Positions 40,886 through 54,536 are shown, counted from the first letter of the stretch. The stretch is DNA of 64,000 bases from Octopus vulgaris (GCA_951406725.2 OX597816.1:170252001-170316000); one strand, 5' to 3'. Program-made: numbers and translations. Notes: generated from the sequence alone by a model not told the origin.

Positions 40886-41252
40886 TGCGCCGCCTCACAT
40901 CTGTCGGTTAGTTTAAAGATTGGAACTGGCTCATAAAGAATTAAACGCATTTATGAACAAGTGGTATGCTATTTTGAAACTTGAATTCTGTTGCAATTTA
41001 TCTAACATTTGGGTATTATTATAAATATCTTGCCAAGTGCTTTAGAGTTAAGGGCAAGCTCCTGGTCCGCCCTAATATTTTGTGATACTTTTTCAAAACG
41101 TATTTTCAAGGCATGCACAGACATCCTGATTTTCATTTTACCTATATTCTATAATTAATAATCATGCATTACAGTTTTATGTTAATCATAAATTTCCTGA
41201 TACGATGTTGTTGTATCACCACCACTTATTACATAGCACTATTTATTTCACA

Positions 41253-41432
41253 TACGACGGTATTGCGAAAGGCCTGGCTGGAGGACCAACCTTGCGAGTT
41301 CTTTTACAGGACCTAGAAAAACTGAAGGACCGTTGTAATGAGTGTGTGAATTTGATAGGCGAATACGTTGTATACAATCATATTTTACTGTTCCTCCTGT
41401 ATTTGTTTTTACTTTCTAGCACCCCCTCGTAC
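41253..41432 (+). mobile_element. Mariner-derived MITE fragment
   Basis: Encodes mariner C-terminus-like LEKLKDRCNECVNLIGEYV; ends agcaccccctcgTA. Confidence 0.75.
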
Positions 41433-42049
41433 ATAGAAAATAAATATGAAAAATACAGAAAATTAATTGCCGTTTTTATTTGTCAAATTGAAAATCTCTC
41501 TAAACCGCAATCTTTAACCAACAAGCTCAGATACAAACAAAATCTACTTACAATAAATAATCATGATGTATTTTAAAGGTTTATTTAAAACTGTTCGCCT
41601 CTGCATTTATTATTTAAAAGAATCAGCTTTTTGGAACAGAATTTCGATTCTTTCTTGTTTGATTTCTGAAACGTATTCCGGTCGGTCAAAAGATTTATCT
41701 TTCCGTTCATACTTTCTGATAAGTGTCTTCGTTATGTTTTGGTTAACTTTCCATCTGTTATTTTACTCTACAATTTGCTATCGAACCTGATGAATGATCC
41801 TCATCGATTTTTCGTTGGTTATCTATGTATGTGTGATGTCCTTTTTACGGCACGTTATAAGCAGATCACGTTCAAATGAATCATGACCTTGAAGCAAATC
41901 TAATTATAAACTATTCCGTTTCACAAAACGGATTTACAGCAACCACAACTACCATTATCACCATGACAACGACCATCATAATTACAAAAAGTACTACCGC
42001 CTCCAAAACCACCACCGTCATCACCACCATTACGCCGTCTCCGCCGCTG

Positions 42050-42076
42050 CAACTACTACTACTACTACTACTACTG

Positions 42077-42108
<32 letters not shown>

Positions 42109-42185
42109 GGTAGTAGTAGTAGTAGTAGTTGTAGTAGTAGTAGTAGTAGCAGTAGTAACAGTAGTAGTAGTAGTACTGCTGCTGT
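42050..42185. repeat. (CTA)n followed by (TAG)n microsatellite
   Basis: Directly visible; the halves are reverse complements. Confidence 0.9.
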
Positions 42186-42267
42186 TGCTGTCAGTATTTT
42201 AATTGTTATATAAATTAGTTTTTTAAATATCCTACACATTTTAACTTACGAACAATTATATTATATA

Positions 42268-42660
42268 CTAGCAGTATCGCCCGGCGTTGCTCGGGTTTGT
42301 AAGGGAAATAACTATATAAGCATTTTTAGAGATGTAAAGTATAATAGCCATCTCAATATGGCTAATCACAAAGGGGGGTGTTACTGTAACTTTTTACGTT
42401 CTGAGATTTAATAATAAACTTTTAGAGAGTTACTTCCCTTATATATGCCAAAAATGCATTAAAAATGGGAAAAATTGATGGTAATTTTTTTTAAATCGTA
42501 GACTCATCGTAGACGCGCGCTAATACCCAGAAGGGCTCGATATGAATCACGACTATAAAATACCCGGTTTTGGTTAAACTGCACCGCAAAATGTGGGAGT
42601 AGTTAGGAATCTAAATCGTATGAGACAGACAGCACACAACCTCACTTTTATATATAAAGA
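42268..42660 (-). mobile_element. Non-autonomous Helitron-like element
   Basis: A|TC 5' end at 42660 and hairpin-CTAG|T 3' end at 42268 on minus; no TSD. Confidence 0.88.
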
Positions 42661-44654
42661 TTTATGTTGCCCCAAATGCAGCGTCCTTTTCTATGCTCGC
42701 GTAGCCTGCGCAACTAAATCTTCTTCAAGTCGCAGTCTGCCATATTAAACAGGGAACAACCCATGGGATAATACTGATCCTTACACATTGTGTGTGTAAA
42801 CAAAAACTGGAATGATCATATCAGGAACGTGTTTCTCCGTAGATCATCTCATCGAGGTAAAGTTAGGGTAAATAACAACAGCAACAAAAATAATATCTAG
42901 TTTACAATATAATATTATAATTCTTATTGCAAAGCGCTCAACAATGTGGAGAATTAAATGGGAAAAAGGAAAATAGGAATTATCACCTTTGCTACAAGAA
43001 CATTATGAACAAAAGCAATGGTGTAACAAACATTTATTTCAAAACATTCCTTTTATCGCGTTTTTGAATTTGGTTTGCAAGATTCTTTATGCGAGTTCGT
43101 GTGTTGAAGCATATTCTGTTGCGTCTGATTTAAAAGGTAGCAAGACGCAGCGAAAATTTTAGAAAAATAAAAATGGAATGAGTGGAAATTTTACCGGTGA
43201 GTGTGTTAAATTATAGAGCACAAAAACAGAATGACTCTCCCCAGACACAACAGAATTCCTATTATCGTTTATGAATTTGTGGTACAAGATTCCTGATATG
43301 AAACCGTTTGTTGAAACAAATACTGTTATACTTCGGGGTGGACACATTTTTTTTTTGTCAAATTAACACACGCACTATATATTCATTCTTCAGACGTATA
43401 TTACTGTTTATTATCTTACGTCCATTACCAGAAATATTTCGTCCATTCCAATTGACTAAGTGCGCAGATGGATACATGTATGGGAAAGATTTGCTAAAAC
43501 GGTCACAGATGATAACAATACATTTTTAATTTCTGTGCGATATATAAGATAGAAATATAAAATTCTATATCCATGCTTCTACAACACTAGATCAAAAATT
43601 AAAATGCTCAATTCAGCTTTGATTCGAAACTACACCATAGATTTGGCTTCTTTTGTTTAATCGTAGTGGTCTAAGACATTCAGTCATTAGAAATGGTTAC
43701 AAGAGACAAGACTGAGAACATATCTACAGGAAAAAACCTGTAAGTAAACTGAAAGGATACAAGACAGGTAATTGTAATCTTGTCGGTAAATTTCATCATT
43801 TTCCCAAATACATAGCTTCAATTTACACATACCTTGAGAGAATTAGTGAAAATTGTCTTTCTCGCAACTTGAATGGCATTTCTAATTCCTGGACCTCTTC
43901 TATCTTTTTCGCATTTGTAGACATTTGCTTCAGTGTACAGAAGTAGGAGTTTGAAAGTATGTTATTGTCAACTGAATTGATCAAAATTATATTCCTTCTT
44001 AATGGAAGTGTATTAATGGTGTTGTTGTACAAAATAAGATTGTGGGGGAAAGCAGTTGTAACAACTCAGTCTGACGACATATCTATGAATGATCTGACTA
44101 TCTCATTAACGTCTGGCGATGAAATATACAACGACATTGGAATTGTCGATAACATGTTTTATGAGACGGCTTGTAAAATAACAATAAAAAAAGAATATGT
44201 AACTTGGGAATAATAAATGTGAACAAAAGGACATAATATTACTATCAAACCTCTGCACTAACAGCAGAGCATTAGCTTATAATGTATATTTGATACAAGC
44301 CAAAAAAAAAACCCTAATATCTAATTGTCACTAGGTGAGATCTTAACAATTGCTTATATATCCAGAAAATAGTGAATTCTACCTGCAATATCTACATCTA
44401 AATGAGGCGTTTCTATGTCGTCGCATGACGTCGCGGAAACAGCGGTCATATTTTCTTCAAATCACATCGTACTCTCAATCGGCTACATACGAAAAAAGTA
44501 GTCATGAATGGGTAGCCTCTCATTTGTTCTTTCGGACATATATCAGTCGCTAATTTCATTTCAGAGACGATCAGGAGATTTGTGTGGCTCACATAAATGC
44601 ATACTGAGAATGTGCACCTGATCTTCATTCTCCTTCGTGTTTCTCATAACGATT

Positions 44655-44886
44655 GGCGGCGAGCTGGCAGAAATGTTAGCACGCCGGGCGAAATGCGTAG
44701 CCATATTTCGTCTGCCGTTACGTTCTGTGTTCAAATTCCGCCGAGGTTGACTTTTCCTTTCATCCTTTCGGGGTCGATTAAATAAGTACCAGTTACGCTC
44801 TGGGGTCGATATAATCGACTTAATCAGTTTATCTGTCCTTGTTTGTCCTCTCTCTGTTTAGCTCCTAGTGGGTAGTAAAGAAATAG
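44655..44886 (+). mobile_element. SINE family B
   Basis: ggcggcgagctggcagaaatgttagcacgccgggcgaaatgcg...gtagtaaagaaatag; near-identical to 51677-51904. Confidence 0.9.
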
Positions 44887-45298
44887 ATTGGCTCTTAAAT
44901 GAAGCCAATTTGAAAGAAAAAGAAAAGGAAGCCGACGCTTATTCACAGCATGTAACTCTTCGTACGTCAAAAGTTTAGCCGATAGTCTTTCTTTTCTACA
45001 TTTCAATATATCCAATTTCTGTCATACCTTGTGTGTGTGTGTGTGTGTGCGTGTGTGATTGCGTGTGTGTGTGCGTGTGCGTGTGTGTGTGAGTGCACGT
45101 GTGTGCGATTGTGTGCGTGTGCGTATTGTCGCGTATGTACATATACATACATGCATATATATGTGTATGTATATATATGTATACATGCTTTAAAAATATG
45201 ACATGTTCTGACTTAGAAAGGGACCAGTCTTGGATTGACATCTCGACAAGTGTAACGTTAGATAACTTAGATAACTTAGATAGGTTTCGACCAATTCT

Positions 45299-46573
45299 TG
45301 AATTCTTCCTAAGTCATGGTTTGATAAGCTGCCGCCATCATCATTGCTTAGAAACATTGCAGTAATAAATTTTCTTGCATGATGTTTCTAAACGAAACGA
45401 TTATCATAAAAATTGTACATTTTGCTTATATATTGTGGTTTAGTAACGACAGGCCATGTCTAACTTAATAGCACCACCTGATAGGATTATTCAAATCCTG
45501 TTTAAGTCAAGTTTTGTTTAAGTCAAGTTTTGTTCAAGTAGTGAGTTCTTGTTGGGTGAGTTGTATCCAATTATGGGTGGCTTATCCGGTATTCTTTGAA
45601 GGAATCTATCCAGACTCCGTTTAAAGTTGATGGGATCCTTTTCCTCTTTGATCGCCCTCGGGACAATGTTAAATAGAGCAGGGCCTGTTGAGGAAAAGAA
45701 ATTATGTTGCAGTGTACATGTATGTTGTGATCTTGAATTGAGCAGGGGACGTATGGCCCGTGGTCCCAGTCTTCGATGAACCTTGAAGCTAATGTTAAGG
45801 TCGTTTGGGCAAAGTTGGTGGTATATTCTCCACATCGTACAAATCGTTAGGTGACGATTGAACCGTTGTGTAATTAGAGACATCTAATCTGAGACTTTGT
45901 CCTGTATCGTCTCGATCTCAAAAATCATATAAATTGAACATTGAAGCATTACATCTTGTTGGTTTTCATTATGTGAAAACCAAATATTACTTAACATCGG
46001 TAGAGATATAAATCTATACAACCGTCAAATTAAGATCGAAGTTTCGTGGCTCTGTGTAACATACACAAAGCATACTCGGTACATTGCAGTGTTAGCTTTT
46101 CATTGTCATGTCTCGGAGTTCAATATATCCCACAGAATTTCTTGAACTCCATTCGTCCAGACGGTTTCTGCACAGTTTCCATTTACAAAATTACTTGAAA
46201 AGACATTTGTCAATCCAACGATACAAAGATACTCTTGTTAAGGCTGTGACGCTGCTGGAATGAACTCTGGAAATAATGATTGTGAAGCAAATTTCTGAAG
46301 CAAGCAACCATATATGCGCCTTAATATATAGCATTTATCAAAACCAAATTTTTTTCTGGGATTTTGTCTTTATGAGATGTTTTTTTTTTTTAGATCAATT
46401 TATCTCTTATTTGAGTTGCTTTGAATTCTTCCTAAGTCATGGTTTGATAAGCTGCCGCCATCATCATTGCTTAGAAACATTGCAGTAATAAATTTTCTTG
46501 CATGATGTTTCTAAACGAAACGATTATCATAAAAATTGTACATTTTGTTTATATATTGTGGTTTAGTAACGAC
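45299..46573. repeat. ~152-bp direct repeat pair (45299-45449 and 46421-46573)
   Basis: ttgaattcttcctaagtcatgg...ggtttagtaacgac almost identical in both places. Confidence 0.92.
45450..45845 (-). mobile_element. 3' end of CR1/L2-like LINE
   Basis: ORF 45518-45883: FSSTGPALFNIVP...FKRSLDRFLQRIPDKP..GY. Confidence 0.8.
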
Positions 46574-47257
46574 TATCCCTGGACATTACAGTAGTAATTT
46601 TATTGCCTAGCTTGTCTGCTGCACTATTTTCAAATTTTACAGGAATTCATGACTGACACGAATGTGCAATTCTGAGTAAATTCAATGTTCGTAAAGAACA
46701 AAGTAGATCGTTCTTTTAATAATGTCACAATACAACTGAAAATCTCAAACAATAATTCCTCGTATACCATAATATGTAAAATATATTAGATTTTTCTCCC
46801 TAGTAAAACTATTTTCTGCATCATTTGCAAACATAGTAGCTAATGTGTATTTCATTTTGTTGAACTATAAGCCGTCTTGTATTGATTCAAGTAACATTAT
46901 AGACACTCTTATATTTCATTCACTTTTTAATATGGTGACATATTATTTTCTTGACCCGTTTGCTCAGAAGTTCTCTTAATCAGATGCTTTAAGGTCTTAT
47001 CGGTAGCTTCTTACTTCTCCCTTGGGAACAAGACTCGGTAATCTTTTTTATTTTGTTTTATATATGTGTGTATAATTTTCTATATGTATGTATTTCTCGA
47101 TCATGTAATCTGTCGTTTTTTCTCTCCGTCCCGCCTCTCTGTCTAAATACATATGTGTGTATGTGTTTGTATGTGTGTGTGTGTAGGTTTATATTTATAT
47201 GCATAACTATATTTATAGACATGATGTATATATATGTGTATATGTATATATATACAT

Positions 47258-47535
47258 GTGGAGGCGCAATGGCCCAGTGGTTAGGGCAGCGGACTCGCGG
47301 CCGGAGGATTTGTGTGTGTTTATTGAGTGACAACACTGAAACGTTCGTGGCAGGGGGTGGTAACCCCTGTTGTTCTCTTTCACCCCGACTTTCTCTCAGT
47401 CTTTCTTCCTGTTTCTTGAGTAACGCTGCGATGGACTGGCGCTCCGTCCAGTTGGGGGGGGGCACATACGCCATAAAAACCGGGAAGCCGGGCCCTTGAG
47501 CCTGGTTAGGCTTGAAAAGGGCGCATAAATAAATA
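47258..47535 (+). mobile_element. tRNA-derived SINE (family C-related) with (TAAA)n tail
   Basis: ggaggcgcaatggcccagtggttagggcagcggactcgcgg A-box head. Confidence 0.75.
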
Positions 47536-47669
47536 AATATATATAAATATATGCATACATATATACATAAACACATAAATACACATTCAGGCACACATAC
47601 ATACATACATACATGCATACAAATATATATATATATACACACACACAGACATTTTGCCGTTTATGTATA

Positions 47670-48883
47670 TCTCTTATTATAAAAGGCAGATTTTATCTGC
47701 CTCCCTTTGGGAGTTCTACAAATCTACAATATAGGATTTCTTCAATTACAATTTACCTAGCATTTTTAAGAGTAGAATGCATCGCGTCATGCCAGGTCCA
47801 GTTTTTAAAATTTAAACTCCAATTAAGCAAAATTTACAGAAAACTCACATTCTGGTGTGTGTGTCAAATGCTTTTCTTAGTCTGGTTTACAGCACACGCA
47901 AACGCACACACACAGTGTGCAACGAATAAAATGAAAGTAAATAGCGACAGAGTGATTTGAGGAAGACTAAACTGAAAGTATTTAAACCACTACTAAAAAA
48001 ATAAAGAAACACAGCAAACAGAAACAAATAAATACATAACGATTTACTCCTCACACAATTTCTTCAATTAGAGTTTACCTAAGATTTTTCAGAGTACTTC
48101 AGTGGGTGATGCCATAAAAAATTTCTTTCAATTTTACCACCAATTTTAAGACAAAATTCGAGAAAACTCAATATTTTAACATATCACTCCGAAAGCATTG
48201 ATGTACATGTGTGCGTGCGTGCGTGAGTGTGTGTGTGTCATTCCTCACACACACGCATACACATACATATACAACTACATACACATACAACTACATACAA
48301 ACACGTGTGTGTTTGTTATTAGTAAAAAAGGCGCCAAATCACAACTCACTTATCATTCCAACACATTTGCAGAGACACACGGACGGACAGAAAAGGTAAA
48401 TTGGTTTTTATTTTACTCCGTATATATTTTATTATATAATATTATATATAGATATATGTATATATAATTGCAGTATGAACCAGTGTTTATGTATAAACAG
48501 ACGACACTTATATATAGTTATTATAATAAGAGATTAATAACTGTATGCATCCGTTTAACCCTTTCGTTACCAAGCCGCCCGAATTTACCTATTCATATTT
48601 AAATGAGAATATCAGAGCAAATCTCTTTAGTACATTCGTGAAAACACGTATTATACTTCGTAAACACTTCAACTACAGTTTTGTACAAAAATCGAAGTGT
48701 AATTTTAATTCCGTGAATTATGGGAGATTTTTTTCCGAAATTTGTTCCTATTGTGTTTTCAAAATTTGTAATTCTGACAAAAAATGGATACGAATTTCAT
48801 TATATCAAGCAGCGAGTCAGAATTCGAAGGATTTTCTACTGAAGACCTTCATAAATCTAACTCTATGACTGAAAAAAAAAGCA
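47670..48883 (+). mobile_element. Helitron-like element 5' portion, fused to the downstream copy
   Basis: Starts a|TCtcttattataaaagg; no 3' terminus of its own before 48884. Confidence 0.5.
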
Positions 48884-49278
48884 TCTTTATATAAGAGTGA
48901 AGTTGTGTGTCTGTCTACTACGATTTAGATTCCTAACTACTCCCACATTTTGCGGTGCAGTTTAACCAAAAGCGGGTATCTTATAGTCGTGATTCATATC
49001 GAGCCCTTCTGGGTATTAGCGTGCGTCTACGATGAGTCTACGATTTAAAAAAAAATTACCATCATATTTTTCCATTTTAATAGCATTTTTTTCGCTTTTA
49101 TATAAGGGAAGTAACTCTCTAAAAACATCTACGATGCGTCAACGATTTAAAAAAAATTTACCTTAATTTTTTTTCAATTTTTAATGCATTTTTTGGCTAT
49201 TTTTTGGCTATAACTCTCTAAAAATGCTTATATAGTTATTTCCCTTACAACCCGAGCAACGCCGGGCGATACTGCTAG
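48884..49278 (+). mobile_element. Non-autonomous Helitron-like element
   Basis: a|TCtttatataagagtgaag ... cccgagcaacgccgggcgatactgCTAG|t. Confidence 0.88.
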
Positions 49279-49637
49279 TATATATATAAACGGCAAAATG
49301 TGTGTGTGTGTCCTTTATACAAATCCACAATTTTTCAGTTAGAGGGCTCGCACTTTCTATGGTCATTCAAAACCGTCCAAGGGTGGTCACGCACATCTTT
49401 ACATTTCCCCAGTCACCACGCAAAGCCATTAAAAAAATCAATAGAAATGACTTTTTTCTGCATTTTCTATCCGAAACCCAATCGAAATGCCTGAAACTTG
49501 ACACGCCAATTGAATGCCAGCTAGCTGTATGTGATTGGCCGGAGATTTGGACAGTACTCGCGTGTATGTGCGCACGCACGCAGCTGTATATGCATACACT
49601 AGCACTATGAGCCGGTTTTGCCGGGTCATAGTGCTAA
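49279..49637 (+). mobile_element. Second Helitron/Helentron-like non-autonomous family
   Basis: Ends in hairpin gcactatgagccggttttgccgggtcatagtgc followed by taa. Confidence 0.55.
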
Positions 49638-49638
49638 T

Positions 49639-49723
<85 letters not shown>

Positions 49724-50127
49724 TAGATAGATAGATAGATAATGATAGATAGATATGTGTGTGTATGTATGAATGTATGTATGTATGTATGTATGTATGT
49801 ATGTGTGTATGTATGTATGTATGTATGCATGCATGCATGTATGTATATCAGATTATACAGGAATTAAAAATTTGATAGTTTCGTCAGTCAGCAATCTTGC
49901 GAATACTGGAATATAGAGAGCATAGAAAGTTTTCTTTTGAAGAAAGTTTTAATACAGACTGAAAGTTTGTTTATCTGTTTTAGTTGGAGAGTATAGAGGA
50001 AGTCAAAGAATGGAGATTATGGCATTACATTAATCTCCTCATTGCGATTGACTCAACAATACAGGGCTTAGACACGATATAGATATAAATGAATGTGTAA
50101 TATTACTATTACCATATATTGCCAAGG

Positions 50128-50340
50128 GACGAGCTGGCACAATCGTTAGCAGGCCGGGCACAATATTTAGCGTCATTTCGTCTTTCTTTATGTTCTGAGT
50201 TCAATTTCCACCGGGGTCAATTTTGCCTTTCATCCATTTGGGCTCGACAAAATAAGCATTAGCTGAGCACTGGGTCGATGTAATCGATTTAACCCTTCTC
50301 CCAGAACCTGCTGGCCTTATGCCAGTATCTTAAATCAATA
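50128..50340 (+). mobile_element. Degenerate SINE family B
   Basis: gagctggcacaatcgttagcaggccgggc...gttctgagttcaatttcc. Confidence 0.75.
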
Positions 50341-50695
50341 TTACAACATATTGCATGTGATTGGTGTTCATCTTGTCAGACAAAGTTCAAGAATGTTCTC
50401 CTACCATATTTCTCAAAGACATGGCAGAAAACTCACACTCTCTTAATACGCATGTAAACAACTCTCTCGGTTTTCTTAAGTACTACTATCTATAAGTATC
50501 CATGTGTCATTTGTGTTCCTTTTTTTTCATCCTTGTCTGTCAAAATAAATAGGGATCGCATGTAATATATTATAATATTACACAAATAGAAGAATCGTTA
50601 TAGCATCGGATAAACTGTTTTTGATGGTTTTGTACTGTTGAAGCGATTATCAAGAAGGAATAAATAAAATACGATCATCTCTATTCTTGGACCGT

Positions 50696-51243
50696 GTACA
50701 TACATACATACATACATACAAACATACATACATAGACACATACATACATACATACATACATACATACATACATACAAACATACATACATAGACACATACA
50801 TACATACATACATACATACATACATACATACATACATACAAACATACATACATATATATATATACATACATACATACAAACATGCATACATAGACACATA
50901 CATACATACATACATACATACATACATACATACATACATACATACAAACATACATACATAGACACATACATACATACATACATACATACATACATACATA
51001 CATACATACATACATACATACATACATACATACATACATACAAACATACATACATACATACATACATACATACATACATACATACATACATACATACATA
51101 CAAACATACATACATAGACACATACATACATACATACATACATACATACATACATACATACATACATACATACATACATACATAGACACATACATACATA
51201 CATACATACATACATACATACATACATACATACATACATACAT
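50696..51243. repeat. (CATA)n microsatellite with recurring variant units
   Basis: Directly visible. Confidence 0.97.
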
Positions 51244-51671
51244 TCACTGAAGGTTACTTAATTGCAATAAAGTATTAAGCAAGCAACCAAATTCGTAATG
51301 CTTGTGACCAATTTCAATATATTGCCGGAGCGTATTATGAATATGTTACGTATGCCCGAAATATACAGTAAAACAAAAATTTAACTCTTTTGTTGCTTTT
51401 ACTTATGGTGCGTCTCCTGTTCTTACAATTAGATTTAATTTCACTCAGTTCAAATGTAAATCGTATGACATACACCGAGAAATTCTTTTTCTAATTTCTT
51501 TCGTATTCTTAAATTTCTCAAGCTAGTTACATTCATTTGTGTTTATTTATGCATCTCTACACTTTGAATTACTCATTGATAACCATTGGGTTATCCGAAT
51601 TAAGACAACTTTAATTTTAAAATGTACTACTTAGCATATCTATTGATCTGGCTTAATATATATGTAATTGG

Positions 51672-51904
51672 GAGAAGGCGGTGAGCTGGCAGAAACGTTA
51701 GCACGCCGGGCGAAATGCGTAGCCGTATTTCGTCTGCCGTTACGTTCTGAGTTCAAATTCCGCCGAGGTCGACTTTGCCTTTCATTCTTTCGGGGGTCGA
51801 TAAATAAAGTACCAGTTACGCACTAGGGTCGATGTAATCGACTTAATCCCTTTGTCTGTCCTTGTTTGTCCCCTCTATGTTTAGCCCCTTGTGAGCAGTA
51901 AAGA
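51672..51904 (+). mobile_element. SINE family B with 17-bp target-site duplication
   Basis: aatatatatgtaattgg at 51655-51671 and 51905-51921. Confidence 0.92.
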
Positions 51905-53198
51905 AATATATATGTAATTGGCAGATACAAACACGTTGTCTTTATATAGAATATCTTAGAGAAAACAATATGCGAACGCAGCAGGTGTAATTACAATTTT
52001 GATCCAGGATTTCACCAGCGACTGACCTGGCAAGGCAAACACTGTATAAAACTATCGTTAACAAACCTCCAACTAAATAGGGTGGACCGGTTAGCATATA
52101 TAGATGTTTCTCTTGTTAGTTCAATTAATATTTTACTAACTCGATAAACATGATATTATTTCAAAAGCATAGTGTACTATAGAAAATATAAGTAGCATTT
52201 ATCCAAAAGAAAAAGAAATTATTTGGACCAGTTTCAATCCCATGCTAGGATTCTGTCAGTCACGGAGTGCTTCCTGTAGTGTCCACAGATATATTGCTTT
52301 TAAAATACAATTTCTATATTTCTAATTGGCTGACATCCATAGATATATTCTATAATACATTAGTGAAACGAGAAAATTTTCACAGATCAGTAAATTACCA
52401 ATTGAACTAACAGTTACGAACAAATTATAACTGCGAATCGTTCTGTTCGAATCACATACGCCTTGAAGCAAGGTCTCAGTGCACATTACATTGGGCACTC
52501 ATACAGTGAAATCCAATACACGAATGGAAAGTATCCTGTGTGATATCTCTTTTCTTTCCACGAAGATATTAGATACCAACACAATTTTTTACGAATATTG
52601 CTGGTTAAAATCTATAGTTATGTTTATTAAAAGGAACATTGTCAAAGCAACTGAAAACGTCTTTGTTAATCATAGAATAATATATTCAATGATGAAAAGA
52701 AAAATATAACACCTATTTACCGCTTAATTAAAAATTACTGTTTTTATTATTTTCATCCCCAAAATAAAATATATTTATTGCCTTATGTCATTATACAACA
52801 AAAATTAGGCAAACAGACGCCTGAACATACATGGTCTGTACTTCATTAAAATGGTAAATGGTATGAGTAACATGAATACATTTCCTTATTGTAATATCCG
52901 TTGTTTCAAACAAGACGTACTGGATTCTGTCATTTCAATTACTCATCAAAACGGATGTTTCCAAAAGCACGTTTTCATATGAAATCAAGTAAATGTTCAA
53001 TTTTAACTACAATCACCATTGTTTAAACTCTCATTACTGGAAACAATATGCAATAATCGAATATTGAGCTATCCACAGAGACTATACACACACAGAGCCA
53101 CAGACACGTGCAGGCATTCATACACGATTTCGGACATGCGCACATATAATGCGCGCGCGCACACACAACATATATATGTATATGTATGTATATGTGTT

Positions 53199-53232
<34 letters not shown>

Positions 53233-53235
<3 letters not shown>

Positions 53236-53689
53236 CTAATGTAGGATAACATTTTTTCGAAAAAAATATATCAATGGCCAGCATATTAAAAATACCTTTA
53301 AAGGTTAAATAATAAACAACTTATAAATAAGGGCAAACGAAAAAATTTCTAATGCCAAATATGCCGAAAATTGGACATATTGTCCATTTACCGTATAATG
53401 TTTTTCCCAAGTACGCACGCTACTCGAAAAAAGGCCGAAAGAAATCTCTAAAAAATTCCATTATTACCATATCGGACCGATTTCAGGGTTAGTTCAAAAA
53501 GAACCCTCCCTTCGTCAGTGATACATGTGACAAAGAAGTAAATGAGATACTTTCTCATACCCATGGAAGAAGCAAACACTAAGTCATGACTTAGTGTTTG
53601 CTCCTTCCATGGGTATAATTTAACCTTTAAAGGTATGTTTTAATATGCTGGCCATTGATAGAATTTTTTTCCAAAACATGTTATCCTAC

Positions 53690-53693
<4 letters not shown>
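53233..53693. mobile_element. Fold-back element with hammerhead motif in (TA)n
   Basis: Outer arms 53237-53310 and 53618-53693, 60-bp apex palindrome 53557-53616, (TA)n on both sides. Confidence 0.87.
53469..53524 (-). ncRNA. Type I minimal hammerhead ribozyme candidate
   Basis: gtatca-CTGACGA-aggg...ccct-GAAA-tcg-GTC-cgatat: conserved core, 4-bp stem II, imperfect stem I. Confidence 0.7.
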
Positions 53694-53749
<56 letters not shown>

Positions 53750-53754
53750 AACAC

Positions 53755-54090
53755 ATATAAAAGAAATGGAGAAACTTTCAAAATACAAAGACCTGGAAAT
53801 AGAGGTAACCAGAATGTGGAATCTAAAAACAGAAACAATTCCTATCATAATACGTGCATTAGGCATGATTAAAAAATATTCAGACAGATACATAACAAAA
53901 ACACCAGGACTTACAAACACATATAACATACAGAAAATTGCACTACTAGGCACTGCACACATCCTACGCAAAGCACTTTCAAAACAGTAACCATCAGAGC
54001 ATCACAACAAATCACAGCACATACCCAAGGCACACAGGGCTGCGCTTGGTAGTGAAGTGAAAGCACGCTATAAAAATAAAATTACTGAAT
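53755..54090 (+). mobile_element. 3' end of R4/Dong-like retrotransposon followed by (AAT)n
   Basis: KEMEKLSKYKDLEIEVTRMWNLKTETIPIIIRALG...KIALLGTAHILRKAL*. Confidence 0.88.
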
Positions 54091-54091
54091 G

Positions 54092-54159
<68 letters not shown>

Positions 54160-54454
54160 TGGGTTCTTGGGAACTGTATCAGAAGGCATCAAGGGGAATA
54201 TAAAGGAAATTGGAATAAAGTGCTAGCACTTTGAAAATACCATCCCAGCAAGGAAAATAATATGCCCAAAAGGGTGCCCGATCATCTGTGTCAGAAGCGG
54301 TTACGTTCAGATCAGAACTAAGTCTTGGGGAAAATAAGTTGACGAAAATTCAGCTAGGTTCATGACGAATGTCCTCCTATAATTGGAGCGATAAGCGTGC
54401 TAATTTGTGGACGTGCATAAATTACATTCACGTACACACACATACACATCATGC

Positions 54455-54530
<76 letters not shown>

Positions 54531-54536
<6 letters not shown>

